A stretch of DNA of 28,982 bases from a virus (IMGVR_UViG_3300016476_001024:1-28982), one strand, 5' to 3'; positions 10,289-19,315 are shown, counted from the stretch's first letter. A program made the numbers and translations. Notes: generated by a model not told the origin, from the sequence alone.

Positions 10289-11168
10289 CAATAAATTCAG
10301 ATAAATAAGCTTCTGCTTCCATCTCGTCGATAGAACCAGGGTCTTTACCATCTTCCATATTAACAATAGACGTGTGAATTGATCTTTGGGATAGCAGTTT
10401 TTGTATCTTAACTGCCGCTTGACGGCCGGGGCTATCCCCATCCATCATAATAATAACATGTCTGCATCCGTACTCGTCTAACATCTTTGCCTTACCAGCA
10501 TTAAAGTTGTTAGTTCCAAATATGCACAGTGTATTAGTATACCCCATATCGTGCATATTTAACGCATCAAATATGCCTTCTACAAGAATTACTTGTGTAA
10601 AATCTGTGATTGCATCTAATGGGTATAACACAGAACTAACATCCGCACCGGCTGGTCTACGCATGTATTTAGGCATAGATAAGTTTTTAGTATTCAGTAC
10701 TGTATGCCTTCCCTCTATAAATCGTAACTTACCACTTTGATACACAGGTATGCATATGTAGTCATCCATATTATCATGTGTTGTCATAAATGCGTCAAAA
10801 CGATTAAGAGTATTTTGACTAATACCTTTAAACGAATGTTTAACAGGAAACCTTGGCTCAGGTAAGAATATTGGTCTATCGCCACGAAGACCATCCAGCT
10901 TTTCTTGTAGTCTTTTGATCTTAAAGGCTTGTTTTGATAGCGGTTCAACTGTAAATATAATACCTAGCTCTTTCATTAGCTTGGTAGTATCACCTTTGAA
11001 ACCGCACGCAAAACAATTAAATACGCCTTTTTCTAGATTGTATGATAGGCTGGGATTGCTGTCTACATGCTCTCCACTGAAACATTTCATATTGATTTCA
11101 TAGGGGTTATTGGCATTCATCTTATACTCAATGCCCCTATCAATAAGAATTTTTTCAATCTCGTGCAA
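10281..11168 (-). CDS. dnaG: DNA primase (CHC2 zinc finger + TOPRIM)
   Basis: CFSGEH...CFAC zinc finger; LVEGIFD and MDGDSPG TOPRIM motifs. TTG start is uncertain. Confidence 0.9.
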   Translation of the reverse strand: MHEIEKILIDRGIEYKMNANNPYEINMKCFSGEHVDSNPSLSYNLEKGVFNCFACGFKGDTTKLMKELGIIFTVEPLSKQAFKIKRLQEKLDGLRGDRPIFLPEPRFPVKHSFKGISQNTLNRFDAFMTTHDNMDDYICIPVYQSGKLRFIEGRHTVLNTKNLSMPKYMRRPAGADVSSVLYPLDAITDFTQVILVEGIFDALNMHDMGYTNTLCIFGTNNFNAGKAKMLDEYGCRHVIIMMDGDSPGRQAAVKIQKLLSQRSIHTSIVNMEDGKDPGSIDEMEAEAYLSEFIVD

Positions 11169-11538
11169 CTTGATTATCTCCCGGTCTTACTCTATAGTTA
11201 TCTTCGTCACAGTCAGCAGTGCTTACTTCAAACAGTTCGCTATCGTCTTCTAAGGCTTCTACTTGGTGTATAGTTAGTGGGAATATTCTAATACTATCGC
11301 CCTTGTTAAGTACGCTTTCTTTTACTGTTGCATCCCTAGTATCTAGCAGCCTTAGTATAAAACTACCACTAGTTACATACCAACTCTCATCTTTTTGAGC
11401 GTGGAAATGCATTGAGAATTTATTACCTTTTTTAGTGAAGTGTAGTAGTTTACCGCAGTATAGGTCGTTAGTGGCAAATATATATTCGTACCCCCAACCT
11501 TTTTTTACAAACCCACTAAATCTCGTTACGTTCGACAT
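11155..11538 (-). CDS. Cupin-domain protein (sugar isomerase/epimerase-like)
   Basis: KGWGYE, SMHFHAQKDESWYV and IHQVEALE cupin motifs. Confidence 0.82.
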   Translation of the reverse strand: MSNVTRFSGFVKKGWGYEYIFATNDLYCGKLLHFTKKGNKFSMHFHAQKDESWYVTSGSFILRLLDTRDATVKESVLNKGDSIRIFPLTIHQVEALEDDSELFEVSTADCDEDNYRVRPGDNQVARD

Positions 11539-12406
11539 ATTGTGTACCTTTCTTGGTTACTGCTATAGAGGCGGCTCTATTTGCAAATTGTATAGATCTT
11601 TTTATATCTTTTCCTTCCGACAAGGCTACCGCTAGTCCAGCTATAAAAGTGTCTCCTGCACCTGTTACATCTATTGCTTTTATTGGCAGAGTAGGATATA
11701 ATTTTGTATTGTTAATTGATATATGTAGACAACCTAAGTCGCCTAGAGTTACTATTAGGTTTTCTACTTGTAACTCTTTTATAGAATCTGCAAGTATACC
11801 TGTATGTAAGCGATTTAACGCGTCGGTATTATCTTCTGGCATTTCTATATTTAACCAATCAAAAAACTCTTTCAGATTTGGCTTTATTACGGATGCACCT
11901 CTAAAATCGGACAGATTACTTTTTGAATCTACCAATACTGGAATACCTGCTTCTTTAGCTTTAGATATAATATCTTGTGGTTTTTTTATTGTGCCCTTAC
12001 CATAATCGCTTATTAGAATTATATTTGGGCTATCATCTATCATAGAAGCTACTAGACTAGCTTCATAATGCCTTATAGTAGAGTCTATATCTAGCCTTGC
12101 TATGTAGTTGCCATTGCTATAAATACGGGTTTTTACTACATCTGCCGATGTGTTATTAGTACAGAAATAATTTAGTCCAGAGGTTTTTAGTTTTTCAAAC
12201 AAATGGCTTTCGTGATTTACTGCACAGTATAACTTTACATCTCCGCCTAGATGATGAATATTAAGGGCTGTGTTACCAGCACCTCCCAGTGCTCGTAGTG
12301 GTGGGTTTATAACCACTACTGGAGCCGAAGCACACTCAGGAGACTGTCTCGTAGTACTCCCGTATATGTACTCATCTAGCATTATGTCCCCAATAACACT
12401 TATCAT
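11516..12406 (-). CDS. rfaE: HldE/RfaE-type heptose-7-phosphate kinase domain (PfkB family), stand-alone
   Basis: VIGDIMLDEY, SPE..APVV, GGAGN, KTR, SDYGKG, KPNLKEF, DVTGAGDTF; no C-terminal adenylyltransferase domain. Confidence 0.85.
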   Translation of the reverse strand: MISVIGDIMLDEYIYGSTTRQSPECASAPVVVINPPLRALGGAGNTALNIHHLGGDVKLYCAVNHESHLFEKLKTSGLNYFCTNNTSADVVKTRIYSNGNYIARLDIDSTIRHYEASLVASMIDDSPNIILISDYGKGTIKKPQDIISKAKEAGIPVLVDSKSNLSDFRGASVIKPNLKEFFDWLNIEMPEDNTDALNRLHTGILADSIKELQVENLIVTLGDLGCLHISINNTKLYPTLPIKAIDVTGAGDTFIAGLAVALSEGKDIKRSIQFANRAASIAVTKKGTQYVERNEI

Positions 12407-13782
12407 CCTAGGTCACCTACGTTTTCTTTTGTGTCGTTTCCATACTTATTCAATATCTTGCCGCCAATAACCTCAGTACTCTTTTCTGGAATTACTTTTA
12501 GACAGTCCCAATCCATATGCACGTTAAACTTCATACTCTTACCGTTACGGATTTTAGTAATCTCAAACGGTAGAATGTTAGGGTCTTCGTTAAGATCTGC
12601 AGGGGTAAATCTAAAGCTTCTGTCGGCAGAGTCTAGAACACCCTTAGCAAATCGCGCCTCACCTGTTGCGTCAATCTGATATGGGCTCATAACCATTTGG
12701 TCATACTTACGGCTAAGAACTTTTAGACTATCTGCTAAGCCAATCTGACTTTTCCAGTCCATTCGATCTTCTACTTTAATAATGTTTAGATAGTCTACGA
12801 CGGTAGCCCTAACATCATATTTCTTGGTTAGCATGTTAAGGTAGTGGTCAATTTTAGGTATTGAAAGGTTTACGTCATCAATGATATGAAAACGCTTGCT
12901 TTTAAACGGAACTTTACCACTCTTCAAAGCAAAGTCAAAATCTTTTACATTACCATCACGTATAAGTTTGTCGTATAGGCTTATGCCTTCATCGCAATGC
13001 TCGTAGAAAGTGTCTAGCTTAGTCTTAGCTACTACTAGTCTATCTTCTGCATTGAGTTCATTTCTCAAGAACTTCATAAAAGGAATACCGCTTAACATGC
13101 TCATTAAGCGATAGTATACTTCTACAAAGCGCATTTCAATAGAGAAGAATGCAACTGAATTGTTGTTGTTTAAGAATTGATGTTTGGCCGCATTGAGAGT
13201 GATAATAGATTTACCAGAACCGCGCCTACCACCAAACATGATTAGTTCTTGCAAACCAAAACCGCCATTTATGGCGTCGTATTCTGTAGATAGACCACTA
13301 GAGAACATAACAAAACGCTCTCCTTCTTGAATAAGGTCCATCTTAGCTACGTCGAATAGTTCTTCACCGTCAGGCATAAATTTATGCAAATCCAGAATGT
13401 GAGTCTGGATTTTGTCAATAATCTCTATACGCTCCAACGACTCTAACTGGCCGATAAAATTATCTAGCCAGGTAATTGTCTCTTCTCGAATGTAATAGTC
13501 TTGTAGCTGCTCAGCCAAGAACTCACTAGATAAATCATGAGCTCTTGCACTGTCTGTTAAAATCTGAGACTCAAGATACTCTCTAGTATGACCACTTTTT
13601 TGTAGCTCATAAAATTCTTGCGTTGTTGGGATACGCATGTGCTGTTCATAGAATTTTTGAATCCTTTTGAACAGCAACAGATTAGTATCCGTAAAAAACT
13701 TATGAACTAGCTTGTTATAGAAGTCTGTACTCTGAGTGTCTAGTAGTCTCCTGATTGATGCTTTTTGAATGTCTATAGCCAT
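12403..13782 (-). CDS. dnaB: Replicative DnaB-like helicase (T5 D6-like)
   Basis: Walker A GGRRGSGKS, FFSIEM, Walker B VVDYLN, TKIRNG arginine-finger region. Confidence 0.9.
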   Translation of the reverse strand: MAIDIQKASIRRLLDTQSTDFYNKLVHKFFTDTNLLLFKRIQKFYEQHMRIPTTQEFYELQKSGHTREYLESQILTDSARAHDLSSEFLAEQLQDYYIREETITWLDNFIGQLESLERIEIIDKIQTHILDLHKFMPDGEELFDVAKMDLIQEGERFVMFSSGLSTEYDAINGGFGLQELIMFGGRRGSGKSIITLNAAKHQFLNNNNSVAFFSIEMRFVEVYYRLMSMLSGIPFMKFLRNELNAEDRLVVAKTKLDTFYEHCDEGISLYDKLIRDGNVKDFDFALKSGKVPFKSKRFHIIDDVNLSIPKIDHYLNMLTKKYDVRATVVDYLNIIKVEDRMDWKSQIGLADSLKVLSRKYDQMVMSPYQIDATGEARFAKGVLDSADRSFRFTPADLNEDPNILPFEITKIRNGKSMKFNVHMDWDCLKVIPEKSTEVIGGKILNKYGNDTKENVGDLG

Positions 13783-13784
13783 TA

Positions 13785-14558
13785 TTATTTATGTACCACC
13801 GGAAATAGATCTGATCTTGGAACGAATATTTTTTTAAATGCGTACTCAGTGTCAACCCATACAGCGTAGTGCTCTCTACCAGTTTCGGCAATTAAATCTT
13901 CTACGCGCTTGATATGCGCTTTTAGAGACTCCAATTTCCACTGAGAGCCATCTTCTAACTCCCAATAAATCTGATAGTGCATATCTAGAACTGGTTCTGG
14001 ATGCTTGCTCTTCTCAGTCCACGGATGTAGCTCGACCCAGCGCTGTCTTCCTTGCCTTAGCTTTTCCGCATACTCTTCATCGTAAACTTCAGTAATAATT
14101 GCAAAAGCGTTCTCTGGTCCGTAAAAAACCTTATCATGGACTTTGAATTTTATATCAAGGTCTTGAACAATATGCTCTGTTTTTGCAGCAGCATTCTTGG
14201 CTCGTGCACGAATAGGCACGTTCATTTCCATTAGAATGCTTTTTACTTTTTGAGGAGATATGTAGTATCTGGAAGCAATAGCACTTTGAGCTTCTCCGTT
14301 TATATAGCTAGACGCAATATCTTTGCGAATAGCCGGAGTAATCTCCATAGTCTTAGCTTTTTCTTTAAGGTCTTTAGCGCGTTGTTCCTTCGCCCTAAAG
14401 TCTTCAATAATCTTACTTAGCCTAGTTGTGTTGTAGGCGATGCCTAGATGTTCACAACATGCCTTTTTAGTTTTACCAGCCTTAATCATCCAAATTACTT
14501 GTCTGATCTTTGCTTCTGGAATTTCTTCTTTTTCTTTTTGTGTAACTGCTTTAGCCAT
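13785..14558 (-). CDS. HTH DNA-binding protein, T5 D2-like
   Basis: IPE...TKKACCEHLGIAYN and IASRYYISPQKVKSIL HTH-like segments recall a T5 D-series protein; the D2 label is from memory. Confidence 0.6.
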   Translation of the reverse strand: MAKAVTQKEKEEIPEAKIRQVIWMIKAGKTKKACCEHLGIAYNTTRLSKIIEDFRAKEQRAKDLKEKAKTMEITPAIRKDIASSYINGEAQSAIASRYYISPQKVKSILMEMNVPIRARAKNAAAKTEHIVQDLDIKFKVHDKVFYGPENAFAIITEVYDEEYAEKLRQGRQRWVELHPWTEKSKHPEPVLDMHYQIYWELEDGSQWKLESLKAHIKRVEDLIAETGREHYAVWVDTEYAFKKIFVPRSDLFPVVHK

Positions 14559-14563
14559 AAATG

Positions 14564-14595
14564 AAAAAAACCCATCAGTGTGTTAATGATGGGTT
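14564..14595 (-). terminator. Intrinsic terminator overlapping a promoter start site
   Basis: AACCCATCA-9 nt loop-TGATGGGTT followed by TTTTT on the minus strand. Confidence 0.7.
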
Positions 14596-14596
14596 A

Positions 14597-14625
14597 ATAT
14601 TAGCATAAAAACTAGCACATGGCAA
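14597..14625 (-). promoter_or_regulatory. Putative sigma70 promoter for the D2-helicase-primase operon
   Basis: TTGCCA-17 bp-TAATAT with extended -10 TG and an A/T-rich upstream element. Confidence 0.7.
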
Positions 14626-14635
14626 GATAAATTTT

Positions 14636-14965
14636 TTAGTGTATTGCAACCTTTTCTGTTCCTATAGCATACAAGTCATTTACCATCTCTCGTATAAGAC
14701 CTGTTTTTGTGTATATTGCTGTGTAATGCTCAGATAGCATAGTGTTAGACCTGTACAGTTTTTCTAATATAAAACTAGACTTATAAGCATTCTCTAGCTG
14801 CTTAAATCTATCACTACCTTTAGGTACATGAGTATAAAAACGACAAATAAGAGCATAGATATAACTATCTAGCTCTTCAAAAGATAACTGCAATATTTCG
14901 TTCAACGTTTCGTCGTCTAATTCGTGTAGATAGAAATAACTATCTGTATTCAATAACTCTCTCAA
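14636..14965 (-). CDS. Hypothetical protein
   Basis: 109-aa ORF filling the gap between a terminator and a promoter; the TTG start lies in the terminator T tract, so the start is uncertain. Confidence 0.55.
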   Translation of the reverse strand: MRELLNTDSYFYLHELDDETLNEILQLSFEELDSYIYALICRFYTHVPKGSDRFKQLENAYKSSFILEKLYRSNTMLSEHYTAIYTKTGLIREMVNDLYAIGTEKVAIH

Positions 14966-14998
14966 AAAAAATAGGGAGGCAGTGTGAAACTGCCTCCC
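14964..14998 (-). terminator. Intrinsic terminator after the D5-like gene
   Basis: 10-bp stem GGGAGGCAGT/ACTGCCTCCC, 5-nt loop, then TA and a T run. Confidence 0.85.
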
Positions 14999-15007
14999 AT
15001 AGTTTAA

Positions 15008-15694
15008 TTACTCAGCTACGGACTTTGGGGTGTAGTCTTTTGCGGAAAGCTTACGACGAGATAGAACAGTCTTAACGCCGCGCTCGCTCTTGTCGAAGTG
15101 AGCAGCTAGCTCAGCAACAGTGCTGTTTGGAGCCATTTCTTCGATACCTTCGTAGGCATCAGTTTTAGCGGCTTTCTTGTCACGCTGAGGAGCGGACAGC
15201 TTCATTGAAAGTAGTTTACCGCGAATTTGTTGAACAGTTTTATCTAGTTCAGCAGCGATATCTTCAATGAATGCACCCCCTTCCACTAGCTCTGCAATGC
15301 GAGCTTCTTCTTCTGCGGAATAAGTGCGTGGAGCGACTTTCTTCTCAGCTGGCTTGATAGCGCCAGTTAGTTCTAGGCTTAGAGCCTTGCCATTGATTTG
15401 GCGAGCGGTGAACTTACCACCAGCGATTGCTTCAGCAATTTCTTCGGCAGTGTGAGTGCCATCGTTAGCTTCTAGGAACTCGCGTAGTTCTTCAGTTTCA
15501 GCTTCGGTGAAGGTTGGAGCGGCTTTTGGCTTGTGTGGGACGTCAAAGCCCTGCTTACGTAGTTTAGCAGTGACTGAGCGACGTGGGAACTCGAACTCAG
15601 CGCAAAGCTGTTCGATGATTTCTTCTGTTACGCCGTTAGCGCAAGCAGATTCCATACGTGCTACCATTTCTTCTGTGTATTCAAATTTTGCCAT
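15008..15694 (-). CDS. Repeat-HTH DNA-binding protein, T5 D5-like
   Basis: Repeated units (RSVTAKLRKQG, RQINGKALSL, QQIRGKLLSM, KSERGVKTVLSRR) recall T5 D5; tandem promoters, GAGG RBS and its own terminator suggest high expression. Confidence 0.72.
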   Translation of the reverse strand: MAKFEYTEEMVARMESACANGVTEEIIEQLCAEFEFPRRSVTAKLRKQGFDVPHKPKAAPTFTEAETEELREFLEANDGTHTAEEIAEAIAGGKFTARQINGKALSLELTGAIKPAEKKVAPRTYSAEEEARIAELVEGGAFIEDIAAELDKTVQQIRGKLLSMKLSAPQRDKKAAKTDAYEGIEEMAPNSTVAELAAHFDKSERGVKTVLSRRKLSAKDYTPKSVAE

Positions 15695-15767
15695 TTTTTA
15701 TCCTCTATATATAAAGTTTTGTGTTCTTGGTTACTTACTGTTGAGTGTTTTCTCAACAACTTCAACT

Positions 15768-15796
15768 AATGTATCAAAACAAGATCAACTTAGCAA
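15768..15796 (-). promoter_or_regulatory. Putative sigma70 promoter (proximal) for the D5-like gene
   Basis: TTGCTA-17 bp-TACATT with extended -10 TG and A/T tract upstream. Confidence 0.6.
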
Positions 15797-15863
15797 GAAA
15801 AAATTTGTTTTAATTTTTGTTTATTGCTTATTTGTTTTTTCTTGTTTTCTGTCTTGATGATTT

Positions 15864-15892
15864 ACTATACGATCAAACTTAGCAGGCAGCAA
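15864..15892 (-). promoter_or_regulatory. Putative sigma70 promoter (distal) for the D5-like gene
   Basis: TTGCTG-17 bp-TATAGT with A/T-rich upstream element. Confidence 0.62.
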
Positions 15893-15894
15893 GA

Positions 15895-16221
15895 TTAATT
15901 TTTATTCTGCAGAGTGCTTTGCTCAAAACGAAGTTTTACAGCGTCTACCAGTATTTCTAGGTTAGACTTTTTTGAAAGATTTACACCGTCCAGTGTTATG
16001 TCCAACATTCTTTCTAGGTCTATTATCATACTCTTGACGCTACGCTTACCGCTCTTGTCTATTTCAGGTTTCTTATATACTTTTAACTGTACTAGTTTAC
16101 TAATTATACTTCTGTTGTTCTTACCAAAATATTCAGCTATTTCAAGAACATCCATGCCGTCGTCACAGTAAAGTTTAACTAGTTCCTCTTCTTCTTCTTT
16201 ATCCCAAACTCTTACGTTCAT
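15895..16221 (-). CDS. Small HTH DNA-binding protein, T5 D3-like
   Basis: WDKEEEEELVKLY...EIAEYFGKNNRSIISKLVQLKVYKK HTH pattern. Confidence 0.6.
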   Translation of the reverse strand: MNVRVWDKEEEEELVKLYCDDGMDVLEIAEYFGKNNRSIISKLVQLKVYKKPEIDKSGKRSVKSMIIDLERMLDITLDGVNLSKKSNLEILVDAVKLRFEQSTLQNKN

Positions 16222-16513
16222 TGTCTATGTCCTCAAACAATTCTAATTGTTTTTCATTTATCAACCCATTTATTTCATCGTAATAAAGCTGGGTTAGTAG
16301 TTTACCTGCATCAGTGAATACATATGCCAAAATGTCTACATATTCTGCTTTTATTGCAATCCCTTTTTTAGTAGGGAACCAAGTGCCTTCATCTTGGTCT
16401 TCCATGTACTCTCTCAAATGTACATACCACTGATGCCTAAACTGATTTACTGTTACTTTTATACCTTTGCCGTTTTCTGGCGGGGAAATAAATCCAAAAT
16501 CATATTCTGACAC
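16199..16513 (-). CDS. PC4/p15-like ssDNA-binding protein
   Basis: VTVNQFR..YVHLREY...WFPTKKGIAI is the PC4-family signature; GTG start. Confidence 0.8.
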   Translation of the reverse strand: MSEYDFGFISPPENGKGIKVTVNQFRHQWYVHLREYMEDQDEGTWFPTKKGIAIKAEYVDILAYVFTDAGKLLTQLYYDEINGLINEKQLELFEDIDNERKSLG

Positions 16514-17617
16514 TCATCGTCTCACTCTCCTAGGCTCAGAACCCGCAGTAATCTGACTTAGCGTAGCCGCATATAACTCAGCTGCTTTATTCCAAGTAGT
16601 AAGCCTTTCTGTGTTTACAGGTTTATTCTTATATTCAACTATGGCTTTTCTTATCAGGTTGGCTAGCTCTTGAGCATCTGGCTCGAGCACCCAGCGATGC
16701 TGGCCCATGTTACTCATACTATCACCTTGTTTTAGTGCGAATATATCGTAAGGATTTACTACTCTTCTAGTACTTTTTATTTTCCACTCATCTACAAATT
16801 CATCAGTTGGTCCACCAGCAGTAACTATAGGCAGGCATCCACACGCCATAGCCTCTTGTACATGCATACCAAAACCTTCACCTCTGTACGGATGTACCAC
16901 TATATCACAAGACCTATACAGATTTGCTACTTCGTTTTCATTCAGAGCCTCATCAATGTAGGTTATTTTAGCACATCCGGTCTTATGTTGAAGAGTTATT
17001 ATGTCTTGAAGAAGATTGTTGGGGCCGTAAACTTGAGGAGTATCTTTTATTACTAGCTCTATGTTCTCATGTTTCTTAGTCACTTGAGACCATACATTAA
17101 GCAATACGTCTATACCTTTTCTAAACTGGGAGCATCCTACATATAGAAATCTTACGGTATCGCTATTTTTGTTTTTATCCTTATAAAATACTGACTCATC
17201 ATACCCATTAGGGACAACATATATCTTAGAAGGGTCTATTCCCGCTGCTCTATATACTGAGGCATTCCAATTACTAGGAACTATTACAGCATCTGCGAAC
17301 GTGTCAAACTTATATTGCCATTCACTTGGCATTGAGGCGTATTCCCACGGCTGTATATACACTACTTTAGTATGTTCATGTTCAGGCCAGTTCCAGACAG
17401 GAGGGTAAGAGTGCCTTACTTGTACGTCTGGCACTATGTTCTTTTCTAGTGATAACAACTCAATTATGTGATTAGAATCTACTTTAAAAGATGGATCTGG
17501 CCTATCTAGAGGTACTATGGCTACTTCATACTTCTGTGATAAGTATAAAGCAATATTTCTATTTACAATAGATAAGGATTGATTATCATAGAACTTACCT
17601 AATATTTCAATTTTCAT
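16514..17617 (-). CDS. Glycosyltransferase family 4 (GT-B)
   Basis: VVPNG, RKGID, HPYRGEGFGMHVQEAMACG (Ex7E motif). Confidence 0.92.
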   Translation of the reverse strand: MKIEILGKFYDNQSLSIVNRNIALYLSQKYEVAIVPLDRPDPSFKVDSNHIIELLSLEKNIVPDVQVRHSYPPVWNWPEHEHTKVVYIQPWEYASMPSEWQYKFDTFADAVIVPSNWNASVYRAAGIDPSKIYVVPNGYDESVFYKDKNKNSDTVRFLYVGCSQFRKGIDVLLNVWSQVTKKHENIELVIKDTPQVYGPNNLLQDIITLQHKTGCAKITYIDEALNENEVANLYRSCDIVVHPYRGEGFGMHVQEAMACGCLPIVTAGGPTDEFVDEWKIKSTRRVVNPYDIFALKQGDSMSNMGQHRWVLEPDAQELANLIRKAIVEYKNKPVNTERLTTWNKAAELYAATLSQITAGSEPRRVRR

Positions 17618-18440
17618 ATATGCGTCTCGATTCTTGTTTTAGATATGAGTCTAGTTCTTGTTTTGCTACAAATTTTAAAGTGGGCCATTGTGCGCCTGAA
17701 CCGTGTGTTTTAAAGTTTATCATGCTATGATAATTTTCTTTAGTGACTTGTCTTTGTACATCATAGAATGGGTCTTGCTTACTCTCTATTGAATGGCCAA
17801 AATTATTTATCTTCTTGTCTAGTTGTTGTTGAGTTCTACAAAAACTAAAATGTTTTATAGCCAGCGGGCTTAATATTTTCTTTTGACTGTTAGTCCATCT
17901 GCAGTATGTAAAGGTGTGTAAATCTCTATTGGCCGTAAATCCTTGTATATCCTTTTTAAAGACATGTTGTCTATTATCTTCTGCAATTAATAAGTACCCA
18001 TCCTCAAACTCTTTGTACATTAAATACCAAGTGAACATTAGTTCTACGTCTCGATAGTCCTGTACAGTAGGACAAAAGTCTACAAAGAATTCCCGAGCAT
18101 TCACTAATACTTCATCTGCATCAAAACTAAATATCCAGTCATGTTCGCATTTGGATTTTAAAAAATTACGCTCATGTGTGTCATTTTCTATAGGTACTCT
18201 GCTTCTATGAAAATTATCTTCTATTATATTAATCTTATCATCTTTATCAATAGCTTGTAATTGTTTCCATAGCTCATCTTCATTAAAGGAAAACTTGTTA
18301 CCGCTCCAGCTAATTCTGTCTTTATCTAGACCTAGAACTATTTCATCCACATAATCATAGTAGCTTTTTATGCTATCCGGTAAATACTCTGCGTCATAGC
18401 TTATCAGACTTATCACGCTCTTCTTGCGTATATGTTTCAT
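17607..18440 (-). CDS. GT2-like glycosyltransferase
   Basis: SYYDYVDEIV, ERN, DWIFSFDADE (DxD) and a late HFSF motif. Confidence 0.78.
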   Translation of the reverse strand: MKHIRKKSVISLISYDAEYLPDSIKSYYDYVDEIVLGLDKDRISWSGNKFSFNEDELWKQLQAIDKDDKINIIEDNFHRSRVPIENDTHERNFLKSKCEHDWIFSFDADEVLVNAREFFVDFCPTVQDYRDVELMFTWYLMYKEFEDGYLLIAEDNRQHVFKKDIQGFTANRDLHTFTYCRWTNSQKKILSPLAIKHFSFCRTQQQLDKKINNFGHSIESKQDPFYDVQRQVTKENYHSMINFKTHGSGAQWPTLKFVAKQELDSYLKQESRRIYEN

Positions 18441-18564
18441 ATAATCCTATCCCCAATTTCCACTGTTCTTTTAGTTTGTTAAAAACTTTTCTTCTTTTAG
18501 CAGCATTAAGCGCTCTTTTATGTTTTTGTTGTTCTTGCCGCTGACTTATCTTAGCTTTCTTCAT
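18394..18564 (-). CDS. Small basic hypothetical protein (56 aa), absent from the ORF track
   Basis: My translation: MKKAKISQRQEQQKHKRALNAAKRRKVFNKLKEQWKLGIGLYETYTQEERDKSDKL; spans the 110-nt gap and overlaps both flanking GT genes. Confidence 0.5.
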   Translation of the reverse strand: MKKAKISQRQEQQKHKRALNAAKRRKVFNKLKEQWKLGIGLYETYTQEERDKSDKL

Positions 18565-19315
18565 CGCCTACCGCCATGTCTTTAGTTTTAGTTAACTCGC
18601 TGTCTCTCCACTTTTCAGAGAATATTTGATAGTTTATTCCAGCTTGTTCTCTTTTAATTGGGTTTTGGTTTTGGATTCTTTTGTTGTCCTTACCTTCGAA
18701 ATGTAATAGCTTAACCGGTGTTTGATATATTTTCCAACCAAGCTTGCGGGCAGTAAGACAATAATCCACATCACGATAGTAAGTCCAATAATAGCTAGGG
18801 TCAAAGGGACCACAATCACGGATAACAGCCCTGCGGATATAAATTCCGCCAAACGTAACCCAGGATACTTCTCTAAGGATATCGTATTGTCCTTTGTCTT
18901 CTTCCAGCTCTCTAGATGCGCTTGAACTAAATAGCTCAAGTCCTCCTCCGAAATGTATCGCTTCTCCATCTACGAATCGGCCTCCTGCGTGTTGTATATA
19001 GTAATTACCTGCTTCACTCGTTGCAGGATATAGTAGCGTAGTTCCAAACATACCAGCTTCAGGATGTGCTTGAACGTAGTTCAATAATTCTTTATACCAG
19101 TTGTTATCTTTATCGTCTGGCATAGGTAGCATGTCGGCATGTAGTATTATAACATCTCTATCTGGAAACATATTCCAAAGAGTTTGGTAAGCTAAGTCAC
19201 TTCCTATTCTGCCGACGTCTTTCCAGAAGAATACTGGTAATTTAAATCCCAGTGCAGCTTTTAACTGCTGTATCTCATCCTCGTTTACGTAAGGAACTAC
19301 TATTATCGGTTCCAT
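18551..19315 (-). CDS. GT2 family glycosyltransferase
   Basis: ILHADM, LLYP...IQHAGG, WVTFGGIYIRR, YYRDVDYCL, LLHFEG motifs. Confidence 0.85.
   Translation of the reverse strand: MEPIIVVPYVNEDEIQQLKAALGFKLPVFFWKDVGRIGSDLAYQTLWNMFPDRDVIILHADMLPMPDDKDNNWYKELLNYVQAHPEAGMFGTTLLYPATSEAGNYYIQHAGGRFVDGEAIHFGGGLELFSSSASRELEEDKGQYDILREVSWVTFGGIYIRRAVIRDCGPFDPSYYWTYYRDVDYCLTARKLGWKIYQTPVKLLHFEGKDNKRIQNQNPIKREQAGINYQIFSEKWRDSELTKTKDMAVGDEES

Noticed and set aside
15695-15894. tRNA or structured ncRNA in the largest intergenic gap
   Set aside because: No cloverleaf or T-loop motif; explained by two promoters and a short leader hairpin.
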